From Delftia acidovorans NBRC 14950 (GTDB lineage Bacteria; Pseudomonadota; Gammaproteobacteria; Burkholderiales; Burkholderiaceae_C): a DNA stretch of 32,000 bases. Where the stretch lies: NCBI RefSeq assembly GCF_001598795.1, contig NZ_BCZP01000013.1:30001-62000 (forward strand), written 5' to 3'. Below the pieces are notes generated by a model. The model ran no database searches, was not told the origin of the DNA, and saw only the letters and a list, made by a program, of their open reading frames with translations. Positions 26,277-32,000 of this stretch are shown here, piece by piece. A program made the position numbers and the translations under genes. Within the stretch, counting starts at the first letter, position 1. The number at the start of each line of letters is the position of its first letter.

Positions 26277-27719
26277 TCACTCGTGCTCGGCCGGCTCCAG
26301 AGGCTTGGGCCGCACATCCTCATCGTCGCCGAGCTGCGAGAAGATCATGGTCGAGGCCAGCGTCACCGCGCCCATGCAGACGAAGGTGGCGCGGAAGGCA
26401 TTGAGGGTGTGCTGCGGCGTGTCGCCGCCGAACCATTCGCTGAAACCGGCCAGCACGGCGCCTGCGGCGGCCACGCCCATGCCCATGGCCAGCATCTGCA
26501 CCATGGACAGCAGGCTGTTGCCGCTGCTGGCGTTGCCGGCATCGAGGTCCTTGAGCGTGACGGTGTTCATGGCCGTGAACTGCATGGAGTTGGTGGCGCC
26601 GAAGATCAGCAGCTGGACGATGACCACCCACAGCGGCAGCGCCGTGGAGACCGTGCCGAAGCTGGCAATCATCAGCGACAGCACCAGGGTGTTGCCCATG
26701 AGCACGCGGCGGTAGCCGATGCGCTGGATCAGCGTGGTGGTCTGGCGCTTCATGGCCATGCTGGCCAGCACCGTGGGCAGCATCATCATGCCGGCCTGCA
26801 GCGGAGAGAAACCCAGGCAGACCTGCAGCACCAGCGGGATCAGGAAGGGCATGCAGGAGCTGCCCAGGCGCGAGAACAGGTTGCCCAGCAGGCCCACGCG
26901 CAGGCTGCGCACGGCAAACAGCTCGGGGGCGAACAGCGGGTCGGGCCGGCGCAGCGCGTGCAGCCAGTAGGCGGCCAGGCTGGCCAAGCCGAAGATCAGC
27001 AGCACGAAGACCATGGCGCCGTGGATGCCCTTGCCCGACATGCTGTCCAGCGCCAGCGACACGGCCACCATGCCGAAGGCCAGCAGCGCATAGCCCACGC
27101 CGTCGAAGCGCTTGACGGCAAAGCGGTCACCCACAGGCATGAAGCGCAGCGTGGCGGCCAGGCCGATCAGGCCCACGGGCACATTGACCAGGAAGATCCA
27201 GTGCCAGCTCACGTACTCCACCATCCAGCCGCCCAGCGTGGGGCCGATCAGCGGCCCGACCAGGCCGGGGATGGCCACGAAGCTCATGGCCTTGAGGAAC
27301 TGCTCGCGCGGAAAGGCGCGCAGCACGGCCAGCCGCCCCACCGGCATGAGCAGCGCCCCGCCCATGCCCTGCAGCACGCGCGCAGCCACCATCAGCTGCA
27401 GGTTGGGCGCAATCGCGCACATCACCGAGCCCAGCACGAACAGCGCAATCGCCCACAGGTAGACACGCCGCGTGCCGAAGCGGTCGGCCATCCAGCCCGA
27501 GGCCGGGATCAGCATGGCCATGGTCAGCGAGTAGGCGACGATGACCGACTGCATGCGCAGCGGGCTCTCGCCCAGGGCCTCGGCCATGGTGGGCAGCGCG
27601 GTGTTGACGATGGTGCCGTCCAGCGTCTGCATGAAAAAGCCGATGGCCACAAGCCATAGCAGCACCGAACGCGAGGAGGATGTGGTGGAGGCGGAAGCGC
27701 TTTTGTCTTCAGGAATCAT
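26277..27719 (-). CDS. mdtD: DHA2-family (14-TMS) MFS efflux transporter, MdtD/YegB-like
   Basis: The 480-aa protein is closely collinear with E. coli MdtD as I remember it. Examples are FFMQTLDGTIVNTALPTMAEALGESPL, LIPASGWMADRFG, ARVLQGMGGALLMPVGRL, VEYVSWHWIFLVNVPVG and GNSLLSMVQMLAM. Confidence 0.85.
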   Translation of the reverse strand: MIPEDKSASASTTSSSRSVLLWLVAIGFFMQTLDGTIVNTALPTMAEALGESPLRMQSVIVAYSLTMAMLIPASGWMADRFGTRRVYLWAIALFVLGSVMCAIAPNLQLMVAARVLQGMGGALLMPVGRLAVLRAFPREQFLKAMSFVAIPGLVGPLIGPTLGGWMVEYVSWHWIFLVNVPVGLIGLAATLRFMPVGDRFAVKRFDGVGYALLAFGMVAVSLALDSMSGKGIHGAMVFVLLIFGLASLAAYWLHALRRPDPLFAPELFAVRSLRVGLLGNLFSRLGSSCMPFLIPLVLQVCLGFSPLQAGMMMLPTVLASMAMKRQTTTLIQRIGYRRVLMGNTLVLSLMIASFGTVSTALPLWVVIVQLLIFGATNSMQFTAMNTVTLKDLDAGNASSGNSLLSMVQMLAMGMGVAAAGAVLAGFSEWFGGDTPQHTLNAFRATFVCMGAVTLASTMIFSQLGDDEDVRPKPLEPAEHE

Positions 27720-27734
27720 GGCAAGGCAGGAAGG

Positions 27735-27761
27735 GCGCAGGCGTTAAAAAACCGCCTGCGC
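27735..27761 (-). terminator. 9-bp hairpin between erpA and the MFS gene (possible erpA terminator)
   Basis: GCGCAGGCG (27735-27743) pairs with CGCCTGCGC (27753-27761). The T-run lies in the loop rather than after the stem, so it is non-canonical. Confidence 0.35.
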
Positions 27762-27835
27762 ATTGCTGCGCGGCGGTTGGTGGCGTGTTGTGCGGCGGGC
27801 TGCTGCGGGCTTCACTGCAGCGCGGCCGACAAGGC

Positions 27836-28210
27836 TTACACCGAGAAGCTCGATCCGCAGCCGCAGGTGGTGGAGGCGTTGGGGTTCTTGATCACGAACT
27901 GCGCGCCCTGCAGGTCTTCCTTGTAGTCGATCTCGGCACCCACCAGGTACTGGTAGCTCATGGCGTCGATCAGCAGCGACACGCCATTCTTGGTCATGGT
28001 CGTGTCGTCGTCGTTGGTGATCTCGTCGAAGGTGAAGCCGTACTGGAAGCCCGAGCAGCCGCCACCTTGCACGAACACGCGCAGCTTCAGGTCAGGGTTG
28101 CCTTCCTCGGCGATCAGATCGGCCACCTTGGCAGCTGCGCTGTCGGTGAAGACGATCGGGGTGGGCATTTCGGCGGTGGTGGTTTCGGTGATTTCTGCGA
28201 CGGCGCTCAT
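27836..28210 (-). CDS. erpA: Iron-sulfur cluster insertion protein (A-type carrier)
   Basis: It is 124 aa, with [14 protein letters not shown] and the C-terminal CGCGSSF cluster-ligand motifs of HesB/IscA/ErpA proteins. GGAG lies 8 nt upstream of ATG 28210. Confidence 0.95.
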   Translation of the reverse strand: MSAVAEITETTTAEMPTPIVFTDSAAAKVADLIAEEGNPDLKLRVFVQGGGCSGFQYGFTFDEITNDDDTTMTKNGVSLLIDAMSYQYLVGAEIDYKEDLQGAQFVIKNPNASTTCGCGSSFSV

Positions 28211-28259
28211 GGGGATACTCCGAAGTTCTCAATTGGCCCGAATGGTACAGCAAAGGGCT

Positions 28260-28271
28260 CGGGAATTCCCG
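28260..28271. promoter_or_regulatory. 12-bp perfect palindrome upstream of erpA (operator candidate)
   Basis: CGGGAATTCCCG is centred about 55 nt upstream of the erpA start codon. Confidence 0.25.
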
Positions 28272-28350
28272 GGGCCGCCAGCTTGACGACAGTGCAAGTG
28301 GGGGCATTGGCCACCGACGGCGAAGGTGAATGCGAAGGGTTTGCATCGCC

Positions 28351-28387
28351 CAGAAAAAAACCGCCGGCAAAGGCGGTTTTTTTCTGG
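28351..28387 (-). terminator. Strong intrinsic (bidirectional-type) terminator after rpsI
   Basis: AAAAAAACCGCC-GGCAAA-GGCGGTTTTTTT has an A-tract and a U-tract flanking a GC stem. It lies about 40 nt downstream of the rpsI stop. Confidence 0.85.
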
Positions 28388-28424
28388 GGAAAGCCCCGGG
28401 GGACTTTCCTGCAGTGCCAGCGGA

Positions 28425-28817
28425 TTAACGCTTGGAGAACTGCTTGGCGCGGCGTGCGGAGCGCAGGCCGACCTTCTTACGTTCGACTTCACGAGCGTCA
28501 CGCGTCACGAAGCCGGCTTGGCTCAGGACGGGCTTGAGCGCTGCGTCATAGTCGATCAGGGCGCGGGTGATGCCGTGGCGGGTAGCGCCGGCCTGGCCGG
28601 ATTCACCACCACCGTGGACGTTCACTTGAATGTCGAAAGCTTCCAGGTTGCTCGTCAGAGCCAGGGGTTGCTTTGCGATCATGATCGAGGTTTCGCGGCC
28701 GAAGTATTCCTGAATGTCCTTGCCATTCACGGTAATCTTGCCGGAGCCCTTCTTCAGGAACACGCGTGCGACGCTGGATTTGCGACGGCCGGTGCCATTG
28801 TTCCAATCACCAATCAT
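28425..28817 (-). CDS. rpsI: 30S ribosomal protein S9
   Basis: The 130-aa protein reads [25 protein letters not shown]...[19 protein letters not shown]...[17 protein letters not shown]. Confidence 0.98.
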   Translation of the reverse strand: MIGDWNNGTGRRKSSVARVFLKKGSGKITVNGKDIQEYFGRETSIMIAKQPLALTSNLEAFDIQVNVHGGGESGQAGATRHGITRALIDYDAALKPVLSQAGFVTRDAREVERKKVGLRSARRAKQFSKR

Positions 28818-28827
28818 CTAGGTCTCC

Positions 28828-29256
28828 TTAGATTTCCAGAGCCTTGGGCTGCTGGGCGGTGTGGGGATGCTCAGCACCGCCGTACACCTTGAGCTTCTTG
28901 ATCATTGCGTAGCCCAGGGGACCCTTGGGCAGCATGCCCTTGACGGCCTTTTCCAGAGCGCGGCCGGGGAACTTGGCCTGCATGTCGCGGAAGTTGGTGG
29001 CAGTGATGCCGCCGGGGAAACCAGAGTGGCGGTAGTACACCTTGTCCAGGTTCTTGGTGCCGGTGACCTTGAGCTTGGAGGCGTTGATGATGACGATGAA
29101 GTCGCCGGTGTCAACGTGAGGTGTGTAAATGGCTTTGTGCTTGCCGCGCAGACGGAGTGCCACTTCGCTGGCGACACGTCCGAGCACCTTATCGGTGGCG
29201 TCAATCACAAACCACTCGTGTTGCACCTCAGCGGGCTTTGCGCTGAATGTAGACAT
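28828..29256 (-). CDS. rplM: 50S ribosomal protein L13
   Basis: The 142-aa protein reads [46 protein letters not shown]...[10 protein letters not shown]. Its stop lies 10 nt upstream of the rpsI start. Confidence 0.98.
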   Translation of the reverse strand: MSTFSAKPAEVQHEWFVIDATDKVLGRVASEVALRLRGKHKAIYTPHVDTGDFIVIINASKLKVTGTKNLDKVYYRHSGFPGGITATNFRDMQAKFPGRALEKAVKGMLPKGPLGYAMIKKLKVYGGAEHPHTAQQPKALEI

Positions 29257-29388
29257 GAGTTTTCTCTTTCAAGAAAGGTTTGGCGGGTCCTTTTCCGCGG
29301 TCGGCGCTTCTTCAAAAAGGAAGCCTCTTAGGCGGGGATGTAAACTTCGCCGCGGGACCCTAAAATCGCTGCGAAGCCCTCCATTATA
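29257..29388 (-). promoter_or_regulatory. Candidate rplM promoter (-10 TATAAT) and structured 5' leader
   Basis: The minus strand has a perfect TATAAT (plus-strand attata at 29383-29388) but only a weak -35 (TGGCGA-like). The resulting leader of about 120 nt contains complementary segments GGGTCC/CCGCGG (29285-29300) and CCGCGG/GGACCC (29350-29360). Confidence 0.35.
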
Positions 29389-29503
29389 CAAAAACGGCAG
29401 GTCTTCGCCATCCCCCCTTGCGCCGCCCTGGCTTCAGCGCCGGCCCCCATCCTTCAGCCGCCACGGACAACCACCCGGCAGCGCGGCTGGTTACCATACG
29501 CCT

Positions 29504-30376
29504 ATGTTCAGTTACCGCCACGCCTTCCATGCAGGCAACCATGCCGATGTGCTCAAGCACACCGTGCTGATCGCCACCCTGCAATACCTCCTCCAGAAGG
29601 ATGCCGCCCTCACGGTGCTGGACACGCACGCCGGCGCCGGCCTGTACCGACTGGACGGCGACTACGCCAACAAGAGCGGCGAGTCCGCCGACGGCATCAT
29701 GCGCCTGGCCCAGGCCAAGGAGGCCGAGCTGGCCCCGGTGCTGCAGGCCTACCTGGCCACGGTGCGCTCCTTCAACCAGGGCGCGCAGCTGCGCAACTAC
29801 CCGGGCTCGCCTTTCATCATCCAGTCCCTGCTGCGCGTGCAGGAGCGCGACAAGCTCAAGGTCTTCGAGCTGCATCCCACCGACATGCGCTCGCTGGTGG
29901 GCAACATTGCCCAACTCGAAGCGGGCCGCCAGGTGGCCGTGCTGCACGAGGACGGCTTCGAGGGCATCAAGAAATTCCTGCCGCCACCGTCGCGCCGCGC
30001 CCTGGTGCTGTGCGACCCCAGCTACGAGCTCAAGAGCGACTACGCCAAGGTGCTGGACATGGCGGCCGACAGCCTCAAGCGCTTTGCCACAGGCACCTAT
30101 GCGGTCTGGTATCCGATCATCCCGCGCCCCGAGGCGCACGATCTGCCGCGCCGCCTGAAGACCATGACAACCAAGGCCGGCAAGAGCTGGTTGCATGTGG
30201 AGCTCACGGTCAAGAGCAACAAGACGTCGGAGCGCGGCGGCCTGCCGGCCAGCGGCATGTTCCTGATCAATCCGCCGTTCAATCTCAAGGAACAGCTCAA
30301 GCCGGCCATGCCGCAGCTGGTCAAGCTGCTCGGTCAGGACGAGAACGCGGCCTTCACGCTCGAATCCGGCGGCTGA
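29504..30376 (+). CDS. rlmJ: 23S rRNA (adenine2030-N6)-methyltransferase
   Basis: ORF-track entry 29129..30376 is trimmed to ATG 29504. MFSYRHAFHAGNHADVLKH, DTHAGAGLY, YPGSPFI, LCDPSYE, RFATGTYAVWYP and ASGMFLINPP parallel E. coli RlmJ (YhiR) as I remember it. Confidence 0.9.
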   Translation: MFSYRHAFHAGNHADVLKHTVLIATLQYLLQKDAALTVLDTHAGAGLYRLDGDYANKSGESADGIMRLAQAKEAELAPVLQAYLATVRSFNQGAQLRNYPGSPFIIQSLLRVQERDKLKVFELHPTDMRSLVGNIAQLEAGRQVAVLHEDGFEGIKKFLPPPSRRALVLCDPSYELKSDYAKVLDMAADSLKRFATGTYAVWYPIIPRPEAHDLPRRLKTMTTKAGKSWLHVELTVKSNKTSERGGLPASGMFLINPPFNLKEQLKPAMPQLVKLLGQDENAAFTLESGG

Positions 30377-30383
30377 ACACGGT

Positions 30384-31301
30384 TCAGCGCGAGCTCGACG
30401 CCGCAGAGGCCACTGCCGTGGCCGAGGCTGCGGCGGGCGCAGCGGCCTTCGCCACCGGCTTGGCGGCAGGGGCGGCCCGGCTGGCCACGGCCGTGCGTGC
30501 ATTGGGCCTGGGTGCGGGCGCCTTGGCCTGCACACGCGGCCGGACCGGGGCCTTTGCCTGAACCTGGGTCCGCGCCTGCGTTTGTGTTTGTGTCTGTGCC
30601 TTGGCCTGCTGAGTCTTCTTGAGGGACTCTGCCTTCCTGGCCGTGACCAGGGTTTCGGGGCATTCTTCCTCGCCTTCGTCGAGCTGCCACAGCTCCACGG
30701 GCTTGATTCCCAGGCCGACCATGCCCAGCTCCTGCGCAGCGGCCTGGCTCAGGTCGATCACGCGGCCGGGCGCAAACGGCCCCCGGTCATTGATGCGCAC
30801 CACCACCGTCCTGCCTGTCGCGGCGCTGCGCACGCAGACACGGCTGCCGAAGGCGAAGCTGCGGTGGGCAGCCGTCAGTTCTTCCTTGTCGAAACGTTCG
30901 CCGCTGGCCGTCAGCCGGCCATGCAGGCCCGGGCCATACCAGGAAGCCAGGCCTTGCTGGTCGCTGTCGCGCGAGGGAACGAGGGCGAAATCGGGATTGG
31001 AGGGAGCGTCGGCGCTCTCTTCCGGCGAAGCCGGTTCGGAGGGCCTGGCATCCGCGGACCTGCTGGCAGGCGGCGTGGCCCGCGAGGCGCGGCTGCTGCG
31101 CTTGCCTGCTGAGGGAACGGCCGCAGGCGTCTGGCCTTCAGCCATGGCCTCGGCACCTGCCGAACCAGCAGAACCGGCCATCAGGGCGCCGGACTCGGCA
31201 TCGGTTTCGGCCACGGGAGCCGGTGCGCAGCCAGCCAGGGTGGCGGTGATGGCACACATGGCCAGCCAGCGCCAATGCAGGCGTCGAAAATTACGATCCA
31301 T
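30384..31301 (-). CDS. rlpA: RlpA-family lipoprotein (DPBB lytic-transglycosylase fold) with a low-complexity C-terminal tail
   Basis: ATG 31301 has GGAGG 9 nt upstream; the ORF-track TTG 31307 is less likely. The lipobox is ATLAG-C. The DPBB core reads GLASWYGPGLHGRLTASGERFDKEELTAAHRSFAFGSRVCVRSAATGRTVVVRINDRGPF. The tail is A/K/P/Q/T-rich (AKAQTQTQTQARTQVQAKAP...). Confidence 0.88.
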   Translation of the reverse strand: MDRNFRRLHWRWLAMCAITATLAGCAPAPVAETDAESGALMAGSAGSAGAEAMAEGQTPAAVPSAGKRSSRASRATPPASRSADARPSEPASPEESADAPSNPDFALVPSRDSDQQGLASWYGPGLHGRLTASGERFDKEELTAAHRSFAFGSRVCVRSAATGRTVVVRINDRGPFAPGRVIDLSQAAAQELGMVGLGIKPVELWQLDEGEEECPETLVTARKAESLKKTQQAKAQTQTQTQARTQVQAKAPVRPRVQAKAPAPRPNARTAVASRAAPAAKPVAKAAAPAAASATAVASAASSSR

Positions 31302-31379
31302 GGGCAAAAACCTCCAGGGAACGCCTGACCGTTCCCAAGTTCTAGAGGGCCGCCTGGGGCCGGCGCAGTGGCTGCGCGC

Positions 31380-32000
31380 TCAAAGGCCCAATCGATCGCA
31401 GATTTCCAGCGTGGCGACGCTCTGGTTCATCGTATAGAAGTGCAGCCCGGGAGCGCCCTGGCTGCGCAACTGCTCGCATAGACGGGACACGACATCGAGG
31501 CCGAAGGCGCGAATGGACGCCGTGTCATCTCCGTAAGCCTGCAGACGCAGGCGGATCCAGCGCGGGATCTCGGCGCCGCAGGCGTCCGAGAAGCGCATCA
31601 GCTGCGTAGAGCTGGTGATGGGCATGATGCCGGGAACAACCGGTGCATCAAGCCCCATGCCGCGCGCCGCATCAACGAAACGGCAGTAGGCGTCGGCATT
31701 GTAGAAATATTGGGTGATCGCGGAATCCGCGCCAGCGCGCACTTTAGCCGCAAACGCTTCCAGATCGGAATGTGGGGATTTCGCCTGCGGGTGGACCTCG
31801 GGATAGGCTGCCACCTCGATGTGAAACCAGTCGCCGAACTCGCGGCGTATGAATTCCACGAGGTCGCTGGCGTACTGGAATTCCCCTCCCAGGCCATAGC
31901 CGCTGGGCAGGTCGCCGCGCAGCGCAACGATGCGGCGCACGCCCATGGCCTTGAGCTCCTGCAGCTCGGCACGCACCTTGTCGTGCGTGGCGCCCACGCA
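31380..32000 (-). CDS. metF: 5,10-methylenetetrahydrofolate reductase, C-terminal part (5' end outside the window)
   Basis: IVALRGDLP, HIEVAAYPEVHPQAKS, GADSAITQYFYNADAY, PVVPGIMPI and GAPGLHFYTMNQ are MetF signatures. The reading frame stays open to the window edge. Confidence 0.93.
   Translation of the reverse strand, partial: CVGATHDKVRAELQELKAMGVRRIVALRGDLPSGYGLGGEFQYASDLVEFIRREFGDWFHIEVAAYPEVHPQAKSPHSDLEAFAAKVRAGADSAITQYFYNADAYCRFVDAARGMGLDAPVVPGIMPITSSTQLMRFSDACGAEIPRWIRLRLQAYGDDTASIRAFGLDVVSRLCEQLRSQGAPGLHFYTMNQSVATLEICDRLGL

Overview
This is a high-GC (roughly two-thirds G+C by eye), densely coding chromosomal segment. It looks betaproteobacterial (Burkholderiales/Comamonadaceae-like), an inference from protein similarity and gene order. 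Gene order, left to right: the end of a TonB-dependent receptor; a Fur-box-preceded cassette of FecI-like ECF sigma, FecR-like anti-sigma and an STN-domain TonB-dependent transducer; a second siderophore-type TonB-dependent receptor; an orphan lipoprotein and two candidate microprotein ORFs (minus strand); glmS; an Lrp/AsnC regulator; a MASE2-GGDEF (AdrA-like) diguanylate cyclase; a sensor-less histidine kinase; glmU; a LysR regulator; tyrS; an M23 (MepM-like) peptidase; anmK; xdhA-xdhB followed by an AzgA/NCS2 purine permease (minus strand); an MdtD-like DHA2 MFS exporter; erpA; rpsI-rplM; rlmJ; rlpA; and the 3' part of metF. I saw no rRNA, tRNA, CRISPR, transposase, integrase or phage genes. 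I cannot point to a convincing novel multi-gene system of the defence-island kind, and most of the window is ordinary core genome. Three pieces are not explained by known families and seem most worth follow-up. (i) A terminated unit of two microprotein ORFs plus a family-less lipoprotein lies between the iron-uptake genes and glmS. (ii) A regulator / c-di-GMP cyclase / orphan kinase trio is wedged between glmU and glmS. (iii) The control region upstream of xdhA is long, AT-richer and full of inverted repeats. Start codons were chosen by manual inspection of ATG/GTG and Shine-Dalgarno context and are less certain than stops.
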